Positions 1 to 9,472 of a DNA stretch of 34,957 nucleotides are shown one piece after another. Origin of the DNA: a virus (lineage: Duplodnaviria; Heunggongvirae; Uroviricota; Caudoviricetes). The notes beneath the pieces were generated by a model. That model was not told where the DNA came from. It searched no databases and worked only from the letters and a program-made list of their open reading frames with translations. The stretch's first letter is position 1. Each line of letters begins with the position of its first letter. The position numbers and the translations under genes were made by a program. Location: IMG/VR virus record IMGVR_UViG_3300029085_000005, positions 1 through 34,957 of that record, one strand, 5' to 3'.

Positions 1-51
1 GGAGGCCATGGTTCAATGGTCCGTCTGCCCCCTGTGGTGATGTCAGCAAAA

Positions 52-189
52 TCAGCCACTGCGCGAACCACAATAGCCAGTTCGGGATTCGCATCCGTTG
101 CATTTTGCCCGGTAATATCCTGAAATTGCTTTCACCGTAACAGATGGACAACCACAAAACGGACATGGTTTAACATCGTCATATCTCAT
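52..189 (-). CDS. ralR: Lar/RalR-like restriction alleviation protein (about 45 aa, Cys-rich)
   Basis: Hand translation of the minus strand gives MRYDDVKPCPFCGCPSVTVKAISGYYRAKCNGCESRTGYCGSRSG with CPFCGC and CNGC motifs, matching my recollection of Rac RalR/Lar. It sits immediately downstream of recT as in Rac. Below the 60-aa cutoff of the ORF track; coordinates hand-counted. Confidence 0.5.
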   Translation of the reverse strand: MRYDDVKPCPFCGCPSVTVKAISGYYRAKCNGCESRTGYCGSRSG

Positions 190-245
190 AATTTTTGTCA
201 TAAAAACTGTCTCACGTTGGCGGTGCATTACACCGCCAGGCTGAA

Positions 246-1055
246 TTATTCTTCTGAATTATCGATTACACTGTATTCCCCGGTTAATACAGAGGAGTCT
301 GCCGGATCGATTGTCAGTGGTTCCTTTTCATCCATTGATACTGCACGCTGGATTTCAATTGAGACAGGCAGGTATTTAAACAGGCGACGAATAGCCGTTT
401 TTTTTGCCATTTCTTCCCAGTGAGTTACCCATGGCCCGTTATTACCAGCCTTACTCTGGCTGCGCACCAGTTCAATCTGTTTGCGCGTCATAACTTCAAA
501 CTGAGTCCCTCCGTCTTTCAGTCTTGCGACAGCATAGACGTGGGTCACTGGTGCATCTTCGTTTTCTCCCGGGCGGTGTATTAACTTTTCATCAAGGCCA
601 AATTCAAAACTAAACTCGTCACCTTCACGGACAACACGGGCTGACAGGCTGGCGATTTGACCAGAACGGCGAGCCAGATCAATCATGCCGCGATAACCAA
701 TGATTAGCTGAACGTTCTTTTTACCGCTCTTTTCGTTTTTATTACCAAAAGGCAGTAAATATGCGTGGCCGAGGGCGCTACCTGGCTCAAGGCCGAGCTG
801 TGAACACTGAACGATCGCACTGACAAAACTCATGGTGTCACAGTTTCCTAGCGCCGGAACCTTACGAATTTCTGTGGTGGCGATACGTATCATTCGTTCA
901 GCCGTCATATGGCGTGGGAGAGCTGCTGCCAGTTGCTCTTTCATTGATGGCTGATTAATAAAGCTGATCACGTCGTTATTTTTTACTGCTGCTGGTGCAC
1001 GGTTTCCCTGGGTTTTTTGCAGATCGGCTTTTGCGATAGGTGGTTGCTTAGTCAT
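246..1055 (-). CDS. recT: RecT single-strand annealing recombinase
   Basis: ORF 246..1112 translation from the internal Met ([24 protein letters not shown]...) matches Rac RecT as I recall it; start moved to that Met (19 codons in). Overlaps the recE stop by a few nt, as in the Rac recET operon. Confidence 0.9.
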   Translation of the reverse strand: MTKQPPIAKADLQKTQGNRAPAAVKNNDVISFINQPSMKEQLAAALPRHMTAERMIRIATTEIRKVPALGNCDTMSFVSAIVQCSQLGLEPGSALGHAYLLPFGNKNEKSGKKNVQLIIGYRGMIDLARRSGQIASLSARVVREGDEFSFEFGLDEKLIHRPGENEDAPVTHVYAVARLKDGGTQFEVMTRKQIELVRSQSKAGNNGPWVTHWEEMAKKTAIRRLFKYLPVSIEIQRAVSMDEKEPLTIDPADSSVLTGEYSVIDNSEE

Positions 1056-3723
1056 TTGCATACTCCTTAGCCCAGCGGGGCAGTGATAACGTTTTAATAG
1101 CTGGCCATTCATCGGTATTCAGGCAGTCAGCCAGGGTCCTCAGATTGCGGTGATATTCCTGCTGGCCTGCCAGTTTTGCTTCTTCGCCCATCATGAAAAT
1201 CTCAACCGGGTAACGTCCGCATTCAACAGTTGTGCTGGCAACCAGAAAAACGAAAGTTGGCAGCACACCAAACTGTGCTTCATAACCGTCACTGTAGAAT
1301 GCATCCTGAACGTGATAGCGGTAGTCGTAATAAGCCGTTTTGAATCGTTGAATATCCGCTGTGGTTTTCACGTCCATGATCCAGTGAAATTCAGGGATAA
1401 TTTTGTCCGGACGGCACCGACACAAAATTCCTGTTTCAGGATCTTCCCAGTAAATTGATGATTCAGCGTGTCCGGCGCTTTCAACAAGCCATTGACCCAG
1501 CGGCAAAGCCATAACGCTCTGATACATGAGTTCAATTTTCCGGCCTTCTTCGGCAGTGATAACCGTTTTTCCTGTGCTTGCGCATTCCATCAGAAACGCT
1601 TTCTCCTCTTCTTTTCCGGCGGTTGTACGGCGGTTAAATTCAGGTGCCACGATAAAGCGGTTACTGAATTCTTCCGGTTCAAGTACACGGCAGTGGAAAG
1701 CGGTTCCTAAATCGAGCGTTTTTGTCTTTGTGGTGTCCACTGGGGCATTTTTACGCCACAAATACAGAGCCGGAGTATCAGCAATGTCGTCGAGCTGAGA
1801 CTTACTGACACCGGGACCCGCGTGGTAATTCTCATTCGAAATTCCGTAATAAATACCAGGCTCTATGTCTCCTGCGATTACGGGATCTGCGACTTCGCCA
1901 GTTTCATCACTGCAATCGCGATGCGGATCGCTGCCAGCATTCTCATTGTGCGGATGTTCAGGGCCTTCCATTTCCTCCGGATCTTTTTCCTGAGATTCAT
2001 CCAGATTTTCTTCATTAAAGGTTTCCTGATATGTGGTGTCGCCCATCACCGCGCCACAATCAGGGCAGTTGCCGCCACCGCTCTGACCGCGGGCGGCACA
2101 GACTTTTTCCGGTTCCTGTTGCGCTACTGGTTCAGATTGTTTCGTTTCTGGCTCATTTTTCTGTGCATTTTGGCTGTTTTGTTCCGCTTTCTGGTTGTTT
2201 TGTTCCGATTTGGGCTGGTTCTGGTTCACAGAATCTCGGGTTTCAATTCCCTTAACCCATTTCGGATCATTCGGGTCGCTAATCCCTTCAACAAATTCTC
2301 CGCGAGAGGCAGCCAGTAATTTGTCTGCATCGACAGGATTTTTGGGCGGAATGTTTTTCCGGGCTTCATAGAGTTCTGCCCGCAGTTTCTGATATTTCGC
2401 ATCAACAGAATTTACCTGTGACTGAGCATCCAGCGGCTGCGTGTCCTGATGATGTTCAGTTGCATCCGGTTCCACTGTTTCAGCCGTTGCCTGTTCATCT
2501 GCCATTGCGCAAGATGGTTGCAGTTTTTCTTCATCATCCTGTTTTTCTTCTTCTGTTACACGCTGCGGCATCGGGGCAGAGGAACGACCGCAGGCAATAT
2601 CCACGATTTCTGGATCAGGGTTGGCATGATCAGTTTCAGTCAGTACTTTGTTAAGATATTCAGTGACGTGTGCGGGGATAACCTCGATCCCAATTGGTGC
2701 TTCTTTTACGGACGCAACCACGATGGCGCGGGAATAATCCAGCCCGCCAGGCATGGTGATGAATTTGTCGCGGAAAACAGAAAAGGGCGGTTTATTTTCA
2801 GCGATAATTTCCTCGACACGTTTAGCGTGTGCCGGATGAAGGTTATAAATGTCCACGTCCATTGAACGAGCCAGTACGCCAGTGGCTACGTCGCGCGCCA
2901 GTGACGTCAGATCGTGAATGAAACCTTCGCCGCGATCGGTGAGGTTCCCGCCGCCAGCATTAGCGCCGGAAGCCGTGCGCGTGATGCGTGAAACACGATT
3001 TCCTTTCATCCACTCTTTTGTCAGCAGACCGCGATCGGTGTAGTCTGCGTCCAGGTATGCCTCGAAAAAAGCAGTTATCAGTCCCAGGTCTGAATTACCG
3101 GGATTAGGGAAAACTTTGTCAGTGTCGCGTACCAGTTTGTGAAGGTCGCGAATCTCCAGCGGGTCGAGCAGCTTTGTTTTGTGAGAAATGGCCAGGGCAG
3201 TAACAGCCGGCAGTTCTTCCGCCCGTGCTATATGTAATGCCTGAAGTTCTTCCCGTGCAACGTGCGTTACTGGTTTTTCGCTGCTGTGTTGCGCAAGCCA
3301 GCGAATGGGCAGCTCCTGACCAGAAACCGGCAGGAGCATATTCTCCTCAATCTCCGTCATGTCTTCGCCGTTGACGTTGGTATTGTCAGTACTGGCTGGT
3401 TTCTCCTGCACGGAGGGAGAGGGCGCGATAAATACCATTGTAATGCCATCTTCCCCGCCTTTTTCGTATCGGTTGCAGAATTCGGTATCAAACACGCCTT
3501 CAGGTGGAAGGTCATTCACAACGGGTAAATGGACGCGAACGGGTTTTTTAAAGTCGTCTTCATCATAATCGTTGTCATCCATTGCGGTAATGCAGCGGGA
3601 GATGGCAACAGATAATTTTTTTGCTGTAGTCCAGTAAAAACCACCTTTAATTCCCAGACGTTTTCTGACTTTGTCATTTTTTGCTTCGCAATATAGCGCA
3701 AATTCTTCTTTATCAGTGCTCAT
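1048..3723 (-). CDS. recE: RecE exonuclease VIII (5'-3' dsDNA exonuclease)
   Basis: 891-aa ORF; the C-terminal nuclease region (...[20 protein letters not shown]...[14 protein letters not shown]) and much of the body match Rac RecE from memory. Directly upstream of recT on the same strand. Confidence 0.9.
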   Translation of the reverse strand: MSTDKEEFALYCEAKNDKVRKRLGIKGGFYWTTAKKLSVAISRCITAMDDNDYDEDDFKKPVRVHLPVVNDLPPEGVFDTEFCNRYEKGGEDGITMVFIAPSPSVQEKPASTDNTNVNGEDMTEIEENMLLPVSGQELPIRWLAQHSSEKPVTHVAREELQALHIARAEELPAVTALAISHKTKLLDPLEIRDLHKLVRDTDKVFPNPGNSDLGLITAFFEAYLDADYTDRGLLTKEWMKGNRVSRITRTASGANAGGGNLTDRGEGFIHDLTSLARDVATGVLARSMDVDIYNLHPAHAKRVEEIIAENKPPFSVFRDKFITMPGGLDYSRAIVVASVKEAPIGIEVIPAHVTEYLNKVLTETDHANPDPEIVDIACGRSSAPMPQRVTEEEKQDDEEKLQPSCAMADEQATAETVEPDATEHHQDTQPLDAQSQVNSVDAKYQKLRAELYEARKNIPPKNPVDADKLLAASRGEFVEGISDPNDPKWVKGIETRDSVNQNQPKSEQNNQKAEQNSQNAQKNEPETKQSEPVAQQEPEKVCAARGQSGGGNCPDCGAVMGDTTYQETFNEENLDESQEKDPEEMEGPEHPHNENAGSDPHRDCSDETGEVADPVIAGDIEPGIYYGISNENYHAGPGVSKSQLDDIADTPALYLWRKNAPVDTTKTKTLDLGTAFHCRVLEPEEFSNRFIVAPEFNRRTTAGKEEEKAFLMECASTGKTVITAEEGRKIELMYQSVMALPLGQWLVESAGHAESSIYWEDPETGILCRCRPDKIIPEFHWIMDVKTTADIQRFKTAYYDYRYHVQDAFYSDGYEAQFGVLPTFVFLVASTTVECGRYPVEIFMMGEEAKLAGQQEYHRNLRTLADCLNTDEWPAIKTLSLPRWAKEYAND

Positions 3724-3815
3724 TGATAAACCTCATTACAGATTTAAGGGTGAACAAATCCCTGCCATTGCTGGCATTTTTAATCCGTTGGTATGGTGTT
3801 AATATGGCTGGAGGG

Positions 3816-4004
3816 TTATCCAGCCGGTGTTTCGTTATTCAGGTACAGCGATACTTTTTTTACCGGGAGGCATTCACCAGAAATTTTTTGCTCGTCTCTT
3901 GCCTGGAGGCAGGATTCTTTACTGGCATAAATTCCGGTAATCACATTCTGTGATTCACCCGTTATAAGAAAAACCGTCATCATCAGTGCAAATGCTGAAG
4001 TCAT
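3816..4004 (-). CDS. hypothetical small protein with hydrophobic N-terminus (early-left operon)
   Basis: 62-aa ORF, 4-nt ATGA-type overlap with the upstream ORF 4001..4189, same strand as recE; N-terminal hydrophobic stretch SAFALMMTVFLITG. No family recognised. Confidence 0.4.
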   Translation of the reverse strand: MTSAFALMMTVFLITGESQNVITGIYASKESCLQARDEQKISGECLPVKKVSLYLNNETPAG

Positions 4005-4189
4005 TGACGCTCTCCGAAAATACCAAGTTCAAGAAGAGCAATTCGGGAAAGTATGGAATTATCATTGAGCAGATAAGGCTCATATTTCCTCATATTAATG
4101 GCATCTTCAGTAAACTCCCGGTTACTGAGCAGAACACCAATATCAAAACAACCTTCAGACGTATTAACGTTTGGTAATAACGTTTCCAT
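4001..4189 (-). CDS. hypothetical small protein (early-left operon)
   Basis: 62-aa ORF translationally coupled to 3816..4004; position equivalent to the racC/ydaE/kilR slot of Rac, but no sequence match recognised. Confidence 0.35.
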   Translation of the reverse strand: METLLPNVNTSEGCFDIGVLLSNREFTEDAINMRKYEPYLLNDNSILSRIALLELGIFGERQ

Positions 4190-4765
4190 TATCGCGTCCT
4201 CAACAATGAATTTTGTGATGCAGTGCCTGGTGCCTCCAGGTGACGTTAACCAGTTAACAATTAACGCCGGGTTAGTTGATGCTCGTTACGCCAGTAAAAG
4301 ACCGCCTTACTGCTTTAACTGTTCCGCGTGCGCATAGCCGCATTCACCGCATCACAAAATTCACTTTAAAAAGGGCGGCAGAGCAGTCACGGAGTAAAAC
4401 TGATACCGCCAAACGTCACCAGAAAATTGATAACAGAGGGCGTTGCAGCGGGGTTGTCACTTAAGCGTATGGTCAACCTGACAACCCGGTGTCCTCAACG
4501 GGGAAGGAATAACCCCGTCATACTTACCGCCGCGCCATTTCGCGGAGTGTCACAACCGGAAGCGCACGGTCGACGAAAATTTAACGACAGGCTATCTATG
4601 AACCAGCTACCTCGCCGTGCGCTTTCGCGTTATGGTCTGACTTTTCATGGAAATATCCTTTCAGTAAACTGTCAGTGCCGGATTCTTATCCGTGTCCGGC
4701 GCACGCACTCTACCTCACCCGTGGAGAACTCCTTAATTACCAACCTTAGCTTCGTTGGTTATCTA

Positions 4766-4984
4766 TTAACGCGGGTATGTAATCATTCTGGCAATGCTTA
4801 ATGCCGCTGCTTTTTCCAGCCTGGTGATATCCTGCTCCAGAGCGGACAGATTTTCAGCCTGCTTAGCTCTGGCTTCATTAGCCCATTTCAGATCCTGCGC
4901 TGCATTAATTTTCTGGCGCATCCACTCATAAAGTTCATCATCGGTATAGTCTGGCGCGATGATGACGGGTTCTCGTTTCTGCAT
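4766..4984 (-). CDS. hypothetical protein (early-left operon)
   Basis: 72-aa ORF with a protein-like composition (MQKREPVIIAPDYTDDELYEWMRQKINAAQDLKWANEARAKQ...), co-oriented with recET. Confidence 0.45.
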   Translation of the reverse strand: MQKREPVIIAPDYTDDELYEWMRQKINAAQDLKWANEARAKQAENLSALEQDITRLEKAAALSIARMITYPR

Positions 4985-5013
4985 ACTGATTCCTCGCGGT
5001 GCTGTTTCGCTTA

Positions 5014-5124
5014 TCAGCCGTTAGATTTTGCCGAACTGGAAAGCGCCTGTTTAAATTCGTTGAAGCTGTGAGCTTCTTCGCCTTCGGCAAGGCCTTCGAA
5101 GTATTCTTCGTAAGCCTTTTCCAT
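5014..5124 (-). CDS. possible small acidic protein (about 36 aa)
   Basis: Hand translation MEKAYEEYFEGLAEGEEAHSFNEFKQALSSSAKSNG between the ORFs at 4766..4984 and 5144..5299; below the ORF-track cutoff, no clear RBS checked. Confidence 0.2.
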   Translation of the reverse strand: MEKAYEEYFEGLAEGEEAHSFNEFKQALSSSAKSNG

Positions 5125-5143
5125 GATTGTGTCAAAATCCATA

Positions 5144-5299
5144 TCACTCACCTGAGTTTCTTTCCAGCCAGCGACGGGCACCATTTTCGGTTTTAAACGT
5201 TTTGCTTTTTGTATACGTCATTGCGGTGAAGGTGCCGTCCTGGTTTGGAAACACGCCGTACACCAGAGATTCGTTGTTGCCAAGATCGATAGTATCCAT
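5144..5299 (-). CDS. YdaF-like small protein (about 51 aa)
   Basis: Internal Met of ORF 5144..5380 gives MDTIDLGNNESLVYGVFPNQDGTFTAMTYTKSKTFKTENGARRWLERNSGE, which I recall as the Rac YdaF/DUF1391-type small protein; GAGGT Shine-Dalgarno before this ATG. The longer start at 5380 is possible. Confidence 0.5.
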   Translation of the reverse strand: MDTIDLGNNESLVYGVFPNQDGTFTAMTYTKSKTFKTENGARRWLERNSGE

Positions 5300-5590
5300 G
5301 CTGACCTCATTTCCCCTTAACGCCGGGGTAGCGGAACAAAAACCTGCTGCATAGTTATTAAAGTTGAACCCTGCCGTCATGTTCTTACGCCTCGGGCTGG
5401 CTACTTAACCCCTGACCACTGCCTGGTAACTCGAAGTATTGTCCTGCATTCTGTAGGATGGGGTGAGGGAATGAATGAAGTTTAGAAAAACGAGCTTTCC
5501 AGGTCAATGTTTTTTATCAAAACATTTTAAGCAGGCAGCTGTTAAGCCATCACCACGATGGCATACAGTTAATCAAATAGATGAGGTTGG

Positions 5591-6184
5591 TTAAATATCT
5601 TGTTGAATTTTAAAGCATACGCCCAATATGCAAGATAGATCATCCAGCATAATTGAAGGGTAGCGAGGATTCGTGGGGACTAAAAGAATATCCGGCCCTT
5701 CTATCTCCAGTTTACGAATGACAGGTGTTGTGGTCCCTTTGGGTAAGGCAAGGACAATATTTCCTGGTTGTACGGTTCGATCGGGATCAACAAAAACTGT
5801 TGAACCATTTGGGATGGAAACTCCCCCACCAGATGTTGACATACTGTCACTCTCTAGAACAACTGCAAAGGTATTGACCGGGATTTCTCCGACAAGCTGC
5901 ACACAAGAGGTTATTGAGGAATTTTTCATAAGCTTGCTGCCTGCTGAAGTGATAGTAGCGGAACCGTTTTTATCGGCGGTAAAGATAGATCAAGCGAATC
6001 ACCTGTATTTAACTCTCCTCCATTAAGAAGCCAATTTTCGTTTACTTTCAATATTTTTGCCAGTGAACTTATGTAACGCGAGGACGGCGCTCCTCCACCG
6101 TTCATCCATTGACTTACGGAGCCTTTTGATGCGCCAGTGCCATTGACAAGGTCTTTGCCTTTCAGATATAGTTTGCTTGCTCAT
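5591..6184 (-). pseudogene. CI/LexA-type repressor (HTH_XRE + peptidase S24) split across reading frames
   Basis: ORF 5591..5929 encodes only an S24 domain (FAVVLESDSM...GNIVLALPKG...LVPTNPRYPSI...ILGVCFKI). Immediately upstream on the same strand but in another frame is an HTH domain with no start codon (...LKGKDLVNGTGASKGSVSQWMNGGGAPSS...LAKILKVNENWLLNGGE...), ending in a stop that overlaps the S24 ATG. The ATG at about 6184 opens a third short frame. The ORF track confirms that no 60-aa ORF covers the HTH segment. Confidence 0.6.
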
Positions 6185-6275
6185 GTTTTGATTTTAAAAC
6201 ACAGATGGTTTTGTTTCTTGACTTTCTTTGGTTTTGATTATTAAACTTTTGACGTTCAGTTTTATGGAGCGACTC

Positions 6276-6518
6276 ATGAAAAAATCAGAAGTATTAGGCT
6301 ATTTTGGCGGAGTTGTTAAAACAGCCGCAGCTCTAGGAACGTCAAAAACCACAGTCAGCATGTGGGGGGAAGAGGTTCCGTGGAAATGGGCGTTGCTAAT
6401 TCAGGCAGTCACTGCCGGGGCGCTCAAATATGAGTTACACATACCGACGGTTGTCATTCCCGGTTCTGATCATAATCCGCCTTCTAACCAAGGGGGGATT
6501 CATGAAAATCAAGCATGA
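6276..6518 (+). CDS. Cro-like HTH regulator, YdaS family
   Basis: Internal Met of ORF 6228..6518 gives MKKSEVLGYFGGVVKTAAALGTSKTTVSMWGEEVPWKWALLIQAVTAGALKYE..., an HTH of the YdaS/Cro type; divergent from the repressor gene across an AT-rich operator region. Confidence 0.6.
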   Translation: MKKSEVLGYFGGVVKTAAALGTSKTTVSMWGEEVPWKWALLIQAVTAGALKYELHIPTVVIPGSDHNPPSNQGGIHENQA

Positions 6519-6927
6519 ACACATCCGCATGGCGATGAATGCCTGGGCGCATCCGGACGGCGAAAAAGTACCGGCTGCGAAAATTACCAAAGCGTATTTC
6601 GAGCTGGGAATGACGTTCCCGGAACTGTATGACGACAGCCATCCGGAAGCCCTGGCTCGCAATACCCAGAAAATTTTCCGCTGGGTAGAGAAAGACACCC
6701 CTGATGCAGTTGAAAAAATTCAGGCGTTGTTACCAGCGATCGAAAAGGCAATGCCACCTTTGCTGGTGGCCAGAATGCGCAGCCACAGTTCAGCTTATTT
6801 TCGGGAGCTGGTGGAGACGCGGGAGCGACTGGTGAGAGACGCTGATGATTTTGTCGCAGTGGCAATCGCCGGTTTCAATCAGATGAACCGTGGTGGCCCG
6901 GCAGGGAATGCTGTGGTGATGCACTAA
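6502..6927 (+). CDS. YdaT-like protein (CII-position regulator or toxin-like)
   Basis: Internal Met of ORF 6430..6927 gives MKIKHEHIRMAMNAWAHPDGEKV...; the MKIKHEHI start and about 141-aa size match my recollection of Rac YdaT; directly follows the YdaS-like gene. Confidence 0.55.
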   Translation: MKIKHEHIRMAMNAWAHPDGEKVPAAKITKAYFELGMTFPELYDDSHPEALARNTQKIFRWVEKDTPDAVEKIQALLPAIEKAMPPLLVARMRSHSSAYFRELVETRERLVRDADDFVAVAIAGFNQMNRGGPAGNAVVMH

Positions 6928-6949
6928 AAGCACGGTGTTCGGGGGTTTT

Positions 6950-7912
6950 ATGAGCAGCAAGCTTCATGGTCTTGTCTGGGAAGGGTGCGCCTTCACCGGC
7001 ATGATCTTATCCAGGGTGGCGGTTATGGCCCGTCTTGCAGACTACAGCAATGACGAGGGCGTGTCATGGCCTGCCATTGAAACTATCCGGCGTCAGATCG
7101 GTGCAAGAAGTGAATCCACAGTGAAATCGGCTATTGCAGAACTGGCGAAAGAGGGCTGGCTGACGAAGGAAGAGCGTAAGGTCGGTGGGCGTAATGTAAG
7201 CAATATCTATCGGCTTAATGTGGAAAAACTCGAAGCAGCTGCGGCGGCGGCGCGTGAGTCATATAAACCGAAAAGAAAAATTAGCCCGGCAAAAAATGAC
7301 CCGTTAACAGTTGACCCGTCAAATATTGACCCCTCAACGGTTGACCCGTCAAATTTTGATGGATCAACTGTTGATAAAAAACTGCCGATTAGGGGGGCGA
7401 TGATTGACCCCGATCCGTCAGTATTAAAACCTGATCCGTCAGATAAAAGATCTTCTTGTCCGGACGCTTCGCAACCGGACCCGCAGACGGCTGAACAGGA
7501 TTTTTTAACCCGACACCCTGACGCGGTTGTGTTCAGTGCGAAAAAACGCCAGTGGGGAAGTCAGGAAGATTTGGTGTGCGCACAGTGGATCTGGGGACGA
7601 ATCGTGAGTCTTTACGAGCAGGCGGCCAGCTATGATGGCGAGATCACTAGACCGAAAGAACCCAACTGGACAGCATGGGCCAATGACGTTCGCACAATGC
7701 GGATGCTGGATGGCAGAACTCACAGACAAATTTGTGAAATGTTTGGGCGTCTCCAGCGGGATTCGTTCTGGGTAAAAAACATCATGAGTCCGGCAAAACT
7801 CCGGGAAAAATGGGATGAACTGGTTATCCGCCTGGGGCGTTCGCCTGCGCAGCGTTGCGTGAATCACATTTCTGAACCGGACACTGAAATACCGCCGGGA
7901 TTCAGGGGGTGA
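6950..7912 (+). CDS. replication initiator, lambda O-like (winged-helix N-terminus)
   Basis: ORF 6935..7912; N-terminal wH motif (WPAIETIRRQIGARSESTVKSAIAELAKEGWL), a repetitive DP/ST-rich linker encoded by DNA iterons, gene immediately precedes the DnaC-like loader. Start placed at the ATG (MSSKLHG) 15 nt into the ORF, preceded by GGGGG. Confidence 0.7.
   Translation: MSSKLHGLVWEGCAFTGMILSRVAVMARLADYSNDEGVSWPAIETIRRQIGARSESTVKSAIAELAKEGWLTKEERKVGGRNVSNIYRLNVEKLEAAAAAARESYKPKRKISPAKNDPLTVDPSNIDPSTVDPSNFDGSTVDKKLPIRGAMIDPDPSVLKPDPSDKRSSCPDASQPDPQTAEQDFLTRHPDAVVFSAKKRQWGSQEDLVCAQWIWGRIVSLYEQAASYDGEITRPKEPNWTAWANDVRTMRMLDGRTHRQICEMFGRLQRDSFWVKNIMSPAKLREKWDELVIRLGRSPAQRCVNHISEPDTEIPPGFRG
7295..7460. 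repeat. putative replication origin: direct iterons (TGACCCGTCAA-type, about 15-bp period) plus adjacent AT-rich stretch inside the O-like gene
   Basis: Read in sequence: atgacccgttaacag / ttgacccgtcaaatat / tgacccctcaacgg / ttgacccgtcaaatttt, then gttgataaaaaactgccgatt, then further tgaccccgatccgtcag and tgatccgtcag copies. Same organisation as ori-lambda inside O. Coordinates approximate. Confidence 0.45.
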
Positions 7913-7918
7913 CGTGTC

Positions 7919-8665
7919 ATGAAAAACATTGCGGCAGTTGGGGTTCTTGAACGTATTCGCAGACTTGCACCACAGGGGTCGGTTCCACCGTACCGGACGG
8001 TGGAGGAGTGGCGGGAATGGCAACTTGCTGAAGGACGAAAACGCAGCGAGGAGATTAACCGCCAGAATCGCCAGTTGCGGGTGGAAAAAATCCTGAATCG
8101 TTCGGGCATCCAGCCTCTGCACAGCAAATGCTCGTTTGCAAATTATCAGGTGCAGAACGACGGGCAAAAATACGCGCTGAGCCAGGCCAAATCCATAGCT
8201 GACGAACTGATGACCGGGTGCACGAATTTTGTGTTCAGCGGTAAAACCGGCACCGGGAAAAATCACCTTGCAGCGGCGATGGGCAACCGGCTGATGGTGA
8301 AGGGGCGCAGCGTGATTATCGTCACCGTGTCTGACGTCATGAGCGTGTTGCATGACAGCTACGACAACGGCAAATCCGGGGAAAAATTTTTACAGGAGCT
8401 TTGCGGGGTTGATTTGCTGGTCCTGGATGAAATAGGCGTTCAGCGGGAGACGAAAAACGAGCAGGTGGTATTGCACCAGATAATTGATCGCCGGACAGCA
8501 TCACTGTGCAGTGTCGGGATGTTAACAAACCTGAATCATGCCGCAATGAGTACGCTTCTTGGTGAGAGGATTATGGACCGCATGACCATGAACGGTGGTC
8601 GATGGGTGACGTTTAACTGGGATAGCTGGCGTCCAAATGTCAGCAATATGAGGGTTGTGAAGTAA
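7919..8665 (+). CDS. DnaC-like replicative helicase loader (IstB-type AAA+ ATPase)
   Basis: Walker A FSGKTGTGKNHLAAA and Walker B DLLVLDEIG; about 248 aa; follows the O-like gene as in Rac ydaV and lambda P-position genes. Confidence 0.85.
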   Translation: MKNIAAVGVLERIRRLAPQGSVPPYRTVEEWREWQLAEGRKRSEEINRQNRQLRVEKILNRSGIQPLHSKCSFANYQVQNDGQKYALSQAKSIADELMTGCTNFVFSGKTGTGKNHLAAAMGNRLMVKGRSVIIVTVSDVMSVLHDSYDNGKSGEKFLQELCGVDLLVLDEIGVQRETKNEQVVLHQIIDRRTASLCSVGMLTNLNHAAMSTLLGERIMDRMTMNGGRWVTFNWDSWRPNVSNMRVVK

Positions 8666-8686
8666 TTTTGTCCGGAGGAAATTTTA

Positions 8687-9457
8687 ATGGAAACCGTATC
8701 TGACGCACTGAAAGCACTGAAAAAAGCCTCTTCACATGTGGTGGCAGCTCGCCTTGGAATCAGTCGTGAAGAGGCTGTCAACGAGCTGTGGGAACTCAAA
8801 AGAAAAGGCGTCGTTGATAAAACTGGTCACACCTGGTTTCTGGCTGGCGAAGGTGAATCCCGGGTAACCGAAGAGCGGCCAGTAAAATCTGAAGCACAGG
8901 ATATGCTGACCGGGGAGGTCGAACAAAAAGTTACCGCAGACATGATGATTGAGTTTATCGGTCAGGATGGGGCTAAAACGTGTGAGGAACTGGCGGGTAA
9001 GTTCGGTGTCAGTACTCGCAAGGTTGCTTCCACGCTGGCGGTGGTAACCGCAACGGGGCGGCTGGCACGCGTTAATCAGAACGGTAAATTTCGTTACTGC
9101 ATGCCGGGCGATAATTTACCAGCAGAGCCGAAAGCCGCGCTGGTAACGGAAAGTGATGGTAAGGCCTTTCCTCAGCCAGCAGGTGCTGCGTTACCAGTCC
9201 GGGAAGCCGCAACACAGGAAGAAATTAAAACAGAAACTGTGGCGGACATTGTGCAGCCGTTGCCATCGTTTACCGAAACGCAAGCAGATGAGCTGATTTT
9301 TCCGTCCCTTCGCAGGGCAAACCTGGCGCTGCGCAGGGCGAAAAGTGATGTTCAGAAGTGGGAGCGAGTCTGCGCCGCGCTGCGGGAGCTGAACAAGCAC
9401 CGGGATATTGTTCGACAGATTACTGATTCTTCCCGCCGTGTTGTATCGGAAAAGTGA
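8687..9457 (+). CDS. hypothetical protein with two winged-helix-like segments
   Basis: 256-aa ORF; segments HVVAARLGISREEAVNELWELKRKGVV and TCEELAGKFGVSTRKVASTLAVVTATGRL resemble wH DNA-binding motifs. Family not identified. Confidence 0.45.
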   Translation: METVSDALKALKKASSHVVAARLGISREEAVNELWELKRKGVVDKTGHTWFLAGEGESRVTEERPVKSEAQDMLTGEVEQKVTADMMIEFIGQDGAKTCEELAGKFGVSTRKVASTLAVVTATGRLARVNQNGKFRYCMPGDNLPAEPKAALVTESDGKAFPQPAGAALPVREAATQEEIKTETVADIVQPLPSFTETQADELIFPSLRRANLALRRAKSDVQKWERVCAALRELNKHRDIVRQITDSSRRVVSEK

Positions 9458-9472
9458 TTGCCGGAGGCGCTT

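Noticed and set aside
1150-3568. Several plus-strand ORFs (1150..1458, 1468..1710, 1526..1798, 1822..2319, 2031..2255, 2418..2654, 2449..2865, 3262..3528, 3359..3568) inside the recE region
   Set aside because: They lie antisense to, or out of frame within, the well-supported recE gene and have low-complexity or hydrophobic-junk translations; treated as shadow ORFs.
4098-4801. Plus-strand ORFs 4098..4337, 4276..4464 and 4427..4801
   Set aside because: Mutually overlapping, Arg-rich and low-complexity translations, opposite to the operon direction; no recognisable domains.
7505-8353. Minus-strand ORF 7505..8353 (282 aa) spanning the O-like and DnaC-like genes
   Set aside because: Antisense to two genes with clear motifs (winged helix, Walker A/B); His/Arg/Pro-rich translation.
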